Below, one piece after another: positions 36,329 through 45,640 of a stretch of DNA of 64,000 nt. Origin of the DNA: a virus; the IMG/VR virus record IMGVR_UViG_3300025687_000022; one strand, written 5' to 3'. Numbering within the stretch: position 1 is the first letter of the stretch; each line of letters begins with the position of its first letter. Both the position numbers and the translations under genes were made by a program. The notes under the pieces are model-generated. The model was given only the letters and a program-made list of their open reading frames with translations, did not search any database and was not told the DNA's origin.

Positions 36329-36855
36329 GCTCCTTGCAAATATTTATCTTCTATAAGTTTTTTTAAGTAATACCGAACCCATACATTTTCAAAAGTGTTG
36401 ATAGTTGGATCAAAAAAATCTTTTAGAGGATATGTGTCATCCTCGTTTGTACCATCTGGGTGAACAAAAGAACCGTTCATGGGCGCCGAGAGCGATTCAA
36501 TAAGCGATAAATATGCAGGAATAAAACTTTCTATATCTTCTTTTGTTTGTATTTCTGATGCTTTTTTGCGAAGTTCTTTTATTTGTTTTATTTTTTCAGG
36601 CGTTTCATCACGAAATACATTTCCCCAATCAGGGTCTTCATCTGTGGTCAACAATTCAAAAAAAGATCGCTTTAAGTCTTTAACGGCAAGATTTTCTGCT
36701 TCGGCGTAAATGTCTTCAATGGCTAAAGGCGCAAGTTCGTATCCTTGCTCTACAGTATCTGGATCATCATTTGTTATTAGTTTATAAACTTGTTGTGCGT
36801 ATGGATCGGCAGCTTCTTTTAAAAACTTGCGCCAATTTTCAAATAGTAATTTCAT
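36325..36855 (-). CDS. Protein with MKLLFENWRKFLKE leader (putative cargo)
   Basis: Shared leader; ACTATTTA motif 39 nt upstream. Confidence 0.65.
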   Translation of the reverse strand: MKLLFENWRKFLKEAADPYAQQVYKLITNDDPDTVEQGYELAPLAIEDIYAEAENLAVKDLKRSFFELLTTDEDPDWGNVFRDETPEKIKQIKELRKKASEIQTKEDIESFIPAYLSLIESLSAPMNGSFVHPDGTNEDDTYPLKDFFDPTINTFENVWVRYYLKKLIEDKYLQGA

Positions 36856-36866
36856 TTATAGTCCCT

Positions 36867-37802
36867 TTATATTGCTAATAACAAGTTTCTCAATAAATAG
36901 TCGTCATTATCAATAAAAGTAGCTTGTTTTTTACGTTGGTTAAAAACCTCTCTTGGCATCTCACCAACGTCTTCATAGCCTGTAGTATCTATTTTATATA
37001 GTTCAATATCATATTGAAGAAGCGTCTTAATAATCTTTTGCTCTTTTTTGCTTGCATCAGCATCGAGCGCCAGATAGACGGGCGTGTCGTTAAGAACGAT
37101 CTTTCGTACAAGTTTGGAGTTTGCTTGGATTGTTGAACCCAATAAAGGTATAGCGTTTCCTGCGATAATAGCATCAAATACTCCTTCGGTTATTGTTAGG
37201 TCTTTGTTCCAGTTTACATATAGTTCATTAAAAATAATGTTTTTAGATGCTCTTGGGTTTTTATATCGATAAGAAGAGTTATTGTAAGTTCTACCAACAA
37301 AATAGTTAATATCCCCATCATTATCAAATGACGGAATAATAATTCTTTTGTAGTATTCTCCAGTATTGCAATAGCCAATCTTCCAGCGCAAAATATCTGC
37401 ATCCGATACACCACGCTTGCGAAGATAATTGTACGCCGGATAAGCAACTGTAGGCAGTTTTTTACTAGCTAATGTGTCGAACTCTGGTGGTAACATTAGC
37501 TTTTGTTTTACTTCCGGCTCTGGCTCGCTAAACAAATCCGAAAAGCGATCAAGATCTATACGATTAGTAATTTGATCCCATTTCTGTAGTAAAGTAAATG
37601 AGCCAAATCTACGTATAATACGACGGATGTTACGACCACGGTAATCGCAAATCCAGCATTTAAAAAAGTTTTTGTCTATATTGATAGACAGTTTATTTTT
37701 ATGGTGGTTGCACACCGGGCATCCAAAAAGATATTCCGCTCCGTTCTGCTGATAATATCCTAATGTTTGGTGCAGTATGCTGATAGCTTCTGTTTTATTC
37801 AC
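36867..37802 (-). CDS. DNA primase (Zn finger + TOPRIM)
   Basis: CPVCNHH..CWIC, YLRKRG, RIIIPS..YFVGR, ITEGVFDA, LDADA. Confidence 0.9.
   Translation of the reverse strand: MNKTEAISILHQTLGYYQQNGAEYLFGCPVCNHHKNKLSINIDKNFFKCWICDYRGRNIRRIIRRFGSFTLLQKWDQITNRIDLDRFSDLFSEPEPEVKQKLMLPPEFDTLASKKLPTVAYPAYNYLRKRGVSDADILRWKIGYCNTGEYYKRIIIPSFDNDGDINYFVGRTYNNSSYRYKNPRASKNIIFNELYVNWNKDLTITEGVFDAIIAGNAIPLLGSTIQANSKLVRKIVLNDTPVYLALDADASKKEQKIIKTLLQYDIELYKIDTTGYEDVGEMPREVFNQRKKQATFIDNDDYLLRNLLLAI
36894..36901 (-). promoter_or_regulatory. ACTATTTA motif inside primase 3' end, upstream of leader-tagged genes
   Basis: Exact octamer at a spacing like the intergenic copies. Confidence 0.5.
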
Positions 37803-37829
37803 AAATACAAGATAACATGACGTAAGCTA

Positions 37830-38267
37830 TTAATCAACCCTCTTTTGCAAAGTTCCAGACAGTAAATCCATTATTGGTAAGACAACCCCCCAACTTTTAT
37901 TTTGGTTTCTCATGTGGTGATTCCAGTGCCACCAAAAAACTTTTTTAGCTACTGCTGGATATCTATGGACAAAGTTGTGAATTAAAATAAATAAAACACC
38001 GTAAGTAACAAGAGCAGAATAAAAGAAAGGACTGAAAAAAGCAATTGGCAGATGAGCAAGCAAAATAAATGGTATACCAATCATTTCGACTTTTGATATT
38101 TTAGAATCAAAAAAATCGTTATGTCTTGCAGTCAAGTGGTGCTCTCGCAAGTGAAATGAAAATAATGAATCTTTCTTTTTGCCAAATTCGTGAAATAAAT
38201 AACGATGAACTGCATACTCAAATGTGTTAGCATACAAGATGCCAAGAGCAAAAAGAACTATTTCCAT
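37830..38267 (-). CDS. Fatty acid hydroxylase / sterol desaturase superfamily membrane protein
   Basis: His boxes EYAVHRYLFH, HLREHH, HNFVH, HWNHH plus hydrophobic segments and WGVVLPIMD..GT. Confidence 0.8.
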   Translation of the reverse strand: MEIVLFALGILYANTFEYAVHRYLFHEFGKKKDSLFSFHLREHHLTARHNDFFDSKISKVEMIGIPFILLAHLPIAFFSPFFYSALVTYGVLFILIHNFVHRYPAVAKKVFWWHWNHHMRNQNKSWGVVLPIMDLLSGTLQKRVD

Positions 38268-38277
38268 TATTTATCTC

Positions 38278-38793
38278 CTATTGTTTGGTTAGCTCGTACC
38301 CTGCCTTAGCAATTACGATTGCATCTGCTCTGTCAAATGATTCTGGTTTTGGATTACCAGATTTAGTGTATTCAACACTAAAAGACTCTTCTGTTTCTAA
38401 AAGATGCTCTAAAACAACTAATTTTGCTTTTTCGCCTTTTGGAACTTTAATGTCGCAAAGTTTCCGTGCTTGACTCGCACCTATATATTCAGGCTGCATT
38501 TCAAAAATCTCATACACCATCCAAGATACGATACCGTTGAATCTTTGTAATGATGCCATTGTTTTTGCAGATGAGCCTCCAGAATTAAAAAATGTAAAAG
38601 GTTGCTCGATGTAGATTCTATCAAATTTATCATATTGTTCGTAAATGTCAAGAATTTTACTTTTTATATGAATTGACTTAGCAAAAACATCTTTGTATTT
38701 ACGCAGATCTATTGAGTCATAACTGATTAGCTTACCGTTATTTACAATCGCAAAACCAGTTATGCTTGTGCTTATATCTATACCCAAAATCAT
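38278..38793 (-). CDS. RuvC-like Holliday junction resolvase
   Basis: ILGIDISTSITGFA, IYIEQP, DRADAIVIA. Confidence 0.85.
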   Translation of the reverse strand: MILGIDISTSITGFAIVNNGKLISYDSIDLRKYKDVFAKSIHIKSKILDIYEQYDKFDRIYIEQPFTFFNSGGSSAKTMASLQRFNGIVSWMVYEIFEMQPEYIGASQARKLCDIKVPKGEKAKLVVLEHLLETEESFSVEYTKSGNPKPESFDRADAIVIAKAGYELTKQ

Positions 38794-40004
38794 ATATCTA
38801 ACTTTAATTTAAATGTCAAGTCTTCGTCTTCTTTTTTGCGAACAGGATTAGACAAAGTTGCTACGCCAATAAGATTTTGTTTGTCGTCGTAGATAGCTAC
38901 GCGAGAAACATAAACTTGTCGCTCAAAAGAAGCGCTGTAATCAGTATAACTTGAAGACGCAAAATTGTATATTCTTCTTGAATTGTTTTCTAAATAAATC
39001 TGAGAAGAAGTTTGTTCGACTAAACTTTGATTATACTCGATGTAAGTTGGGTTATTGGAATAATTGACTTCTCCGCGTCTAGCATGCGCGAACATCGTCA
39101 TAACTTGAATGTCGTTAGTGCCTTCGAAAGATAAGCGAGAAGAAGCAGTTAAATAAGAAGCACCAGCAGTAGATGTGCTAACATTATCATGCGCTCCTGC
39201 TCCCCAATAAATCCAAGATGGATTTTTTGGTCCCGCGCCAGCTTCCAAAGAGATTGTCTGCGAACTTAATGCCCAAGAGCCAGTTAGCAATATAAATCCT
39301 TCGTTATATAAAACAACACCAGCTACTGAACCAGAGCCAGTAGAACCAACAGGACCAGTTTGTATTAACTCTCCATTTTGTTTTGTATCTTCTAATGTTC
39401 CAATTAGCGAGCCAGTAAAATACCAGTCTAACCTAACAGACCCTGGATTTATTTTCTGTCCGTAGAAAATAGAAGGAATCGATGTTAAATTTATAGTTTG
39501 GTTTGCTTTATCTCCATAAGAAGAAGAAACTTTATAATGCTCGCTGATAGCGCCATAAAAATTTAATCTATTCTTCAGAGCATAAAAATGCGGATAAACA
39601 GGGGTAGTTTGAAAAGTCAATCCTGTGTCTGGATTAGTAGCAGTATTTCTTTGCCCTGCTGTTGCCATGAACTCGCGAGTAATAGACGCAGATAAAGGAT
39701 AGCTGCCAGAAATCACAGTGCCGTAAGCATCTGTTGCTTTTGAACCGCTTAAAGCAAATCCAGAACTTTGTTTATAAGTAAAAGGATAAATAAATGGATT
39801 TGTCCCATCGGCGCGATCAGTATTAATTTCATGCAAACTAATGTGACCAGATGGAACATTATCCGCTTGGGCACTAAACGCGCCAGACTGCGAAGGCTTA
39901 TCGTTGTAGTAGATATTGCTATCAAAAATGAAGAACTCACTTTTTGGGTAAGTTCTCATTGTGTTTAGTATGATGTCATTTTCACCAAACTTTTTAAGGG
40001 ACAT
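38790..40004 (-). CDS. Baseplate/collar structural protein
   Basis: C-terminus NYSNNPTY..VAIYDDKQNLIGVATLSNPVRK..KLKLDI, paralogous to 40006 ORF. Confidence 0.6.
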   Translation of the reverse strand: MSLKKFGENDIILNTMRTYPKSEFFIFDSNIYYNDKPSQSGAFSAQADNVPSGHISLHEINTDRADGTNPFIYPFTYKQSSGFALSGSKATDAYGTVISGSYPLSASITREFMATAGQRNTATNPDTGLTFQTTPVYPHFYALKNRLNFYGAISEHYKVSSSYGDKANQTINLTSIPSIFYGQKINPGSVRLDWYFTGSLIGTLEDTKQNGELIQTGPVGSTGSGSVAGVVLYNEGFILLTGSWALSSQTISLEAGAGPKNPSWIYWGAGAHDNVSTSTAGASYLTASSRLSFEGTNDIQVMTMFAHARRGEVNYSNNPTYIEYNQSLVEQTSSQIYLENNSRRIYNFASSSYTDYSASFERQVYVSRVAIYDDKQNLIGVATLSNPVRKKEDEDLTFKLKLDI

Positions 40005-40005
40005 T

Positions 40006-41046
40006 TTAGTAGTCCAATCTAACTCGTAGTGTTATCTCGTTTGTTGGGTCTTTGCGTAGCGGTTCTGAAAGTTTAGCAACTGCTAGTAATTCGTTTTGAG
40101 AGCTATAAAGACCGATTGTTGTAATATAAGCAACTGGAGTATCAGTAGCAACGTTTTTAACTCTGATTGTGCTAGCCGATAAATAAGTTGGGTTTGACGA
40201 GTGGTTATATTTATTATGCGGAACGCGGCAGAAATAAATAGTTGAGTTGATTTCTGTTGTGTTGTTAAAGCTAATGTTTTGAACTCTGTGGCGAAGGGCA
40301 TCGCAAGCACCCGTAATTGAAGACGAAACAAAAACCTGAGCAACTGATTTGGTTCCTGCGGACTCTGATAAGAAATCTGTCATAACATCAAACGAAGATG
40401 TAGAAAGAACCGCAATACCTGCCTGATAAAAGACTAGTCCACGAACAACGTTATCAGAAGAATAAAGAAGACCATAATCTCCACCAAACGTATTAGTAGT
40501 TCCACCAGTATCGGAAGCAGAAACATCGGTAAGGACTTTAGTGCCAGCAAAAGGAGTTGCCCAAGAACCAGTGCCCAATGTAATGCTAACGGAACCTTTC
40601 TTAATTTGATCTTTGGTAATTAAGCGAGAGAAGTTGAGGAAGAAAGATTCCTGCATCGCTCCAACTTCATCAAGTGCTAAATCAAGCTCAAATTTACGGA
40701 CAGTGTTGGTCGAGCCAGTATAACCTAAAAGAACCTGAGAGAACTGGTTATACATGTTAATCTTTTTGGCTTCCAAAGTAACACCAGGAGATCCAGAAAG
40801 AGGAGAAGCTTCATCGTATCCAATAGAAATATCAAAAATGTGGTTTGCAGAAGAAGATAAATAAGGATAGTCATAAACAGATTGGAACTGCCCATGAGTA
40901 TAGTTTTTAATGTTATCTTCACTTGGGAATGTTCCATAAGTACCGCTAATAATCGTTCCTGTTAGTGGGATCGACTCGTGAAGTAGCGTTCTTGTTGTCG
41001 TAACGTCTTGAGTGAGATCTAAGATCTCATAGTTTGTAACTGCCAT
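40006..41046 (-). CDS. Baseplate/collar structural protein
   Basis: NHSSNPTY..ITTIGLYSSQNELLAVAKLSEPLRK..RVRLDY. Confidence 0.6.
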   Translation of the reverse strand: MAVTNYEILDLTQDVTTTRTLLHESIPLTGTIISGTYGTFPSEDNIKNYTHGQFQSVYDYPYLSSSANHIFDISIGYDEASPLSGSPGVTLEAKKINMYNQFSQVLLGYTGSTNTVRKFELDLALDEVGAMQESFFLNFSRLITKDQIKKGSVSITLGTGSWATPFAGTKVLTDVSASDTGGTTNTFGGDYGLLYSSDNVVRGLVFYQAGIAVLSTSSFDVMTDFLSESAGTKSVAQVFVSSSITGACDALRHRVQNISFNNTTEINSTIYFCRVPHNKYNHSSNPTYLSASTIRVKNVATDTPVAYITTIGLYSSQNELLAVAKLSEPLRKDPTNEITLRVRLDY

Positions 41047-41064
41047 TTATATTCTCCAATTCCT

Positions 41065-42072
41065 TTATGATATTCTGGCTATTCTAACGGGGATCTGAAT
41101 TTGTGCTCCAGTGGTTCCGCCCTGCACATACACTGTTGTATCAATATAATCAATCGTATTGCTTCCAAAACTTTGGTTTACTGAACCGTAAAGAGTATAT
41201 TCTGGGTCTAATCCGGCTTTGACCGTAAAAGCAACAGCACCAGCAACTCCTCGTGGTCCCCCAATTGCAGAATATGTTTCTTCTGTATTGTTGGAATCTG
41301 AAGTGTAGACGACACCATTTGGAATAACGTTAACTCTAGCTGCCGCATAGTTTTCTAAACCGATAGAAATAGAAGTAGCTGGAGCGGAATCAAGAGTAAA
41401 AGAAATATTTAAACCATTGTTATCGGCAGTATTGTTAAAAACATTATCCACGCCAGAAGAGCCAAGTACAGAACCTATAAAACGACTATCATAAAATACG
41501 TAGAAAAATCTATCAATTAAATTATTGTTTGTTAAATAACTTGTTCTATTCGTAGATGAGCCAACAGGTACATTGCCGAATCCAGTATCTAATCCAGTCT
41601 CCAGAAGAACATATCTACCAGTAGAAGTTCCATTAAGGTTATCAGTCGATCCGCTAGCTCTCAATACAGAGCCGATATTTAAACTTGTTGTATCTTTACT
41701 TGTGTCTGTTAGATAAAATAAGCTTGAAGCAGGGGAAGAACCCTTTCTAGCAATACCAGTACCAATACCAGCTAATTCATTGGTCTTCATTGTTGGAAGG
41801 TAAAGTAAGTCTGTAGCTGTATTTGGTAGTAGTCCGTAGTTAATTCCAGCGTTAACTTGCGTAAACGCTTCAAAAATTGGCGTCTGCAAAATCGTAAGGT
41901 CATAATATGCAGAGCCAGAAGGATGAGTTTTATCGTATAGTGAATAATCAATCTCATCGTCGCCTAGTGCGAACTTGGTAACTCTAAAGTCACCCTGCGC
42001 CATACGACGGCGACCTGTCTCAGTTAAGACAGCATCTAAAATAATGTCGCCAGAATTATCTAAAAAAGCCAT
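41065..42072 (-). CDS. Baseplate/collar structural protein
   Basis: DAVLTETGRRRMAQGDFRVTKFALGDDEIDY, like tail-collar domain N-termini. Confidence 0.6.
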   Translation of the reverse strand: MAFLDNSGDIILDAVLTETGRRRMAQGDFRVTKFALGDDEIDYSLYDKTHPSGSAYYDLTILQTPIFEAFTQVNAGINYGLLPNTATDLLYLPTMKTNELAGIGTGIARKGSSPASSLFYLTDTSKDTTSLNIGSVLRASGSTDNLNGTSTGRYVLLETGLDTGFGNVPVGSSTNRTSYLTNNNLIDRFFYVFYDSRFIGSVLGSSGVDNVFNNTADNNGLNISFTLDSAPATSISIGLENYAAARVNVIPNGVVYTSDSNNTEETYSAIGGPRGVAGAVAFTVKAGLDPEYTLYGSVNQSFGSNTIDYIDTTVYVQGGTTGAQIQIPVRIARIS

Positions 42073-42090
42073 AAGTGTTCCTCTTTTTAT

Positions 42091-42098
42091 TAAATAGT
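42091..42098 (-). promoter_or_regulatory. ACTATTTA motif
   Basis: Intergenic octamer 19 nt before ATG 42072. Confidence 0.6.
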
Positions 42099-42112
42099 TT
42101 TGCTTTTCTTTA

Positions 42113-44698
42113 TTAACTGTTCAATCTATAAGTAATGTTTAAATCGATTTTTCGTCCAGTCTTTTTAGATGTTAAACGAATTTTAAATGTTTTATCCCAG
42201 ATTAAATCATCAGCAGTTCCAATAATCAAATTTGCTTTTTGATTTTGTGCTTCATCGCTAAAGTCTATGTTTGTTGTGTCTAAAGCAACTTGGCTTAAGT
42301 TTGGTTGTAGTTGGAATACTTTTTTGAATTCTTTTGATGGGTTATTAAATATTTTTTGATCTAACTCTGATTCAAAAATAATATTATATACAGCAAAGTA
42401 ATAACCACCATCATTAATTAGTTCTGCTTCGTAAATATCTGTTGTATGAGAAAGCACTCTTTGTTCGTTTAAAACTCTAAACAAATAATAGTATTTTTTA
42501 TTTGTTTTAACTGTATCCTCAAAAAAATCTTTTGTGTAAGTTGCATCTTGATTTTCGATTTTTAAGTCTAAAGTTGCAATTAAATTTTGATCAAAATCTG
42601 TTATCGCCATTGGTCTGTCTTCAAGACGATAAATTTCTATGTATCTTGGTTTTGAAATACTTTGTTTTCTGATAATAGACGTTTCTAGTATATCATTTGC
42701 ATTTAGATAATTTTGTTTATAAGTATTATCATCGTTGCTAATCGTAGATGGAAAATGACGATTATTAAATACACCATAAGTAAAATCAAATCCAAGTTTT
42801 TGAGATTGATTGATATTTTGGAATGGGACAACATCCAACTCATTACCTGGGTGTTCTAATACTCGTAGTGTTTTAGAATAAACTGGAATCTCAATAATCT
42901 TCATTACTGGCTGGTAAGATAAATTAAAATCTGCGACGTATTTAAAATCTGAGTATATTTGAGCATTGGTGCCATAGCCTCCCCCCGCTTGTTTATCAAA
43001 TGAATCATTATTGTCACTATCATAAAGTTCGTCTGTTGCTTCATCGGTGCTTGGAGTGTACATTTCTAAGGCATACTGATCAGAAGAATTAGTAAATCCC
43101 AAATCTCGACTTAATAGTAAGTTTGAATATTGGTATTCGATTCCAAATGATAATACATAATAATATACGTTGTATGTGTAATCAGTGTTGTATTTAATTT
43201 GGTTATCAATAAATTCAAATGTTTCTTTTAAATCAGAATTTATAAACCAATAATTTTGTAAAGTGTTTTGAGTATTAGCATCGCCAGAACCGGCACCACC
43301 TATTTTCTCTACTCTATAGGCTATGACTTCTGTATGTCTTTCGGTATCGGAATACAAATCACTAAAATCATTTATGTCGATGTTTGCTGGATTTTTAAGA
43401 AAATCTAATCCACCTTTAAGAGTTTTTGACGATACAATCGTGTTAATGTGTCGGTAAATTCCGCCAGATTCATTTGCGGAAGCTCTGTATGGGTCACTAC
43501 CACCAACAAATAAACATCCAATATCATTACTTTCAAAATTTCTGTAAGCGTAAGTTAGCATCGAAATGTAGTCTATTTCTCTTAAAGTTGTTGTTACCGC
43601 TTCGCTTGCCTTGCTGATACCATCACTAAGCGAGCCAGTATAATATTCTTTATTGAGGACAAACGAAGATTGCTGTGGAGTCAAGCCTTCTATTTCGCCA
43701 GAAAAAGATTTATAAAGCAATTTTATTAATTTAGAAGAAAACTTATTATTTTCTATTTCTTGACCTATTTCGCCCTTTGGTTTACCAGGAAATGAGATCT
43801 TAACATAATAAGGTAGCTTGCTTTCTTGTACTCCAAGATTGTTTAGATTTGTGTTTGCATTATGATCAAACAATACATTTCTTAATTTGTCTTCTGTCCA
43901 AGAAATTGTTGAACTAGACAAAGGAGCACTAAAAACAGCAGATTGCAAATAATCAACAGATAAATTGGTGTTCTTGCTGATTAATGTTTGATTTGTTTCT
44001 TGCTCTGCTTTCGGAATATCTTCTGGTAAGTTCTTGGCATTAAAAACAAATAGCTCATTTATAGCGGGATATGTATTTTCTCTTGAAATGTAATTGATCA
44101 ATTCTTCAGGATATATTGCAGAAATGTCTTCTTGTTTTTCCCACCTTGAAAGATCTTTCATTATTGTATAACTTGGCATCTGAAGTTCAGATGTGTATTG
44201 ACCAACAGTATCTTGATAAAATGGAGAGTATTGTTGATAGCTGTATCCTATTTCTATTACGTCTGTAGCATAGTCGCTTGTTAGCTTGGTTTCTTCTATT
44301 TTAGAATAAGGCATCGATATACTAAGATTCATATTTCTTAAAATAACTTCATTATAAACTGGTGTATAAGTTTTTTTACCGTATGTCCCGCCAAGCCAGA
44401 TAGCTTTCCAATCATCATCATTACGAACTCTTTCATCGTCACCAGTTACACGAACAGCAAAAACTTTATTTGGGTTCAATACAGATTCATTTAAAGTTAC
44501 AGAACCCGACACAACATCAGAAAATACTTTATTAAATGGAGGGTATCTTAAATTTTCTGAACTTAGCGAATCAAATTTTAAAACAGTGCCCTCATCGGAT
44601 GCAACAGATGTCCAGTTACCACCATTGAGTGTTCTAAAAGCGTCAGAAGAGCCAGAAAGTAAGTCGCTACTGATGATTTTAGTTTCAATAGAATTCAT
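42113..44698 (-). CDS. Putative baseplate structural protein (861 aa)
   Basis: Long ORF in baseplate cluster with FN3-like beta segments (DTVKTNKKYYYLFR). Confidence 0.5.
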   Translation of the reverse strand: MNSIETKIISSDLLSGSSDAFRTLNGGNWTSVASDEGTVLKFDSLSSENLRYPPFNKVFSDVVSGSVTLNESVLNPNKVFAVRVTGDDERVRNDDDWKAIWLGGTYGKKTYTPVYNEVILRNMNLSISMPYSKIEETKLTSDYATDVIEIGYSYQQYSPFYQDTVGQYTSELQMPSYTIMKDLSRWEKQEDISAIYPEELINYISRENTYPAINELFVFNAKNLPEDIPKAEQETNQTLISKNTNLSVDYLQSAVFSAPLSSSTISWTEDKLRNVLFDHNANTNLNNLGVQESKLPYYVKISFPGKPKGEIGQEIENNKFSSKLIKLLYKSFSGEIEGLTPQQSSFVLNKEYYTGSLSDGISKASEAVTTTLREIDYISMLTYAYRNFESNDIGCLFVGGSDPYRASANESGGIYRHINTIVSSKTLKGGLDFLKNPANIDINDFSDLYSDTERHTEVIAYRVEKIGGAGSGDANTQNTLQNYWFINSDLKETFEFIDNQIKYNTDYTYNVYYYVLSFGIEYQYSNLLLSRDLGFTNSSDQYALEMYTPSTDEATDELYDSDNNDSFDKQAGGGYGTNAQIYSDFKYVADFNLSYQPVMKIIEIPVYSKTLRVLEHPGNELDVVPFQNINQSQKLGFDFTYGVFNNRHFPSTISNDDNTYKQNYLNANDILETSIIRKQSISKPRYIEIYRLEDRPMAITDFDQNLIATLDLKIENQDATYTKDFFEDTVKTNKKYYYLFRVLNEQRVLSHTTDIYEAELINDGGYYFAVYNIIFESELDQKIFNNPSKEFKKVFQLQPNLSQVALDTTNIDFSDEAQNQKANLIIGTADDLIWDKTFKIRLTSKKTGRKIDLNITYRLNS

Positions 44699-45639
44699 TA
44701 ATAAGTTCCTGTTGAGGTGCTGGTCGTAGGTGATACACTAACCGAAGTTGATGTTGAAACAGTTGTGGTCGTTGTAGCGGCTTGTCCAGCTAAAGCAGAC
44801 TGCGTTTTTTCTTTCATTGGCGTTGTTTTGTTAAATCTAAAAGTTACTTCTTCTGAAGTTGGAGAAAAATTGTACATCTCGTTAGTATAAGTATCTATAA
44901 AGTTAGTAAAGTTTTCTTCAAAAGTTTCATTTGCCCACTTATTTTGTATGGCTGTAGTTTCTGCTTCAGAGTATTGCACGTCGAAACCAACAAGCATGTC
45001 AAAGATATCATTTGGGTCACTTACGTTTGGCTCTGTATTTTCGTTTGCGAATGTTGGTCTAGCAGTACCACCGTTTTCTGCTGACAGATAATAATAACCG
45101 TCTTCAACTATGCTTGTTATTCCAAATATTCCTTGTTGAAAAGTGACTTTAACTAAATAAGAGCCAACATCTGATGTGTTTCCAGATACTAAATTATAAT
45201 CAATATTTGTATTATTGGAATTCATTTGTAAAACTACAGTCCCAGATGATGATGTTTTTGCTTCGTCGGCACTATCATATGTACCATATGCAATTAACGA
45301 ATTATATGCAAAGCTAAAATTATTTCCATCTATCAAATTAGAATCTGCTATAGAGCCGTTAATATAGGCAACTTTCCAAACTTGATAAAAGCTATTAACT
45401 ATGTCAGCCGTATCTGACGTTGCTAAATTGCCAATTTTTATTTTCGAATTGCCTGATTCTATTTCACTGGTGGCAGTTTGAGTGGTGCTTCTGGTGGCAG
45501 TTTGAGTGGTGCTTCTGGTGGCAGTTTGAGTGGTGCTTCTGGTGGCAGTTTGAGTGGTGCTTCTGGTGGCAGTTTGAGTGGTGCTTGTAGATTGTTCTTT
45601 CAAAGCTTCAGTGGCTGCGGTAGATGGAACTATCGGCAT
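44698..45639 (-). CDS. Thr/Ser-rich hypothetical structural protein
   Basis: STTQTATR repeats; Thr-rich tail. Confidence 0.55.
   Translation of the reverse strand: MPIVPSTAATEALKEQSTSTTQTATRSTTQTATRSTTQTATRSTTQTATRSTTQTATSEIESGNSKIKIGNLATSDTADIVNSFYQVWKVAYINGSIADSNLIDGNNFSFAYNSLIAYGTYDSADEAKTSSSGTVVLQMNSNNTNIDYNLVSGNTSDVGSYLVKVTFQQGIFGITSIVEDGYYYLSAENGGTARPTFANENTEPNVSDPNDIFDMLVGFDVQYSEAETTAIQNKWANETFEENFTNFIDTYTNEMYNFSPTSEEVTFRFNKTTPMKEKTQSALAGQAATTTTTVSTSTSVSVSPTTSTSTGTY
45467..45586. repeat. Five perfect 24-bp tandem repeats
   Basis: CTGGTGGCAGTTTGAGTGGTGCTT x5, in frame. Confidence 0.95.
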
Positions 45640-45640
45640 T

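Noticed and set aside
45467-45586. 24-bp repeats as a CRISPR array
   Set aside because: Units are contiguous with no spacers and lie in frame within a CDS.
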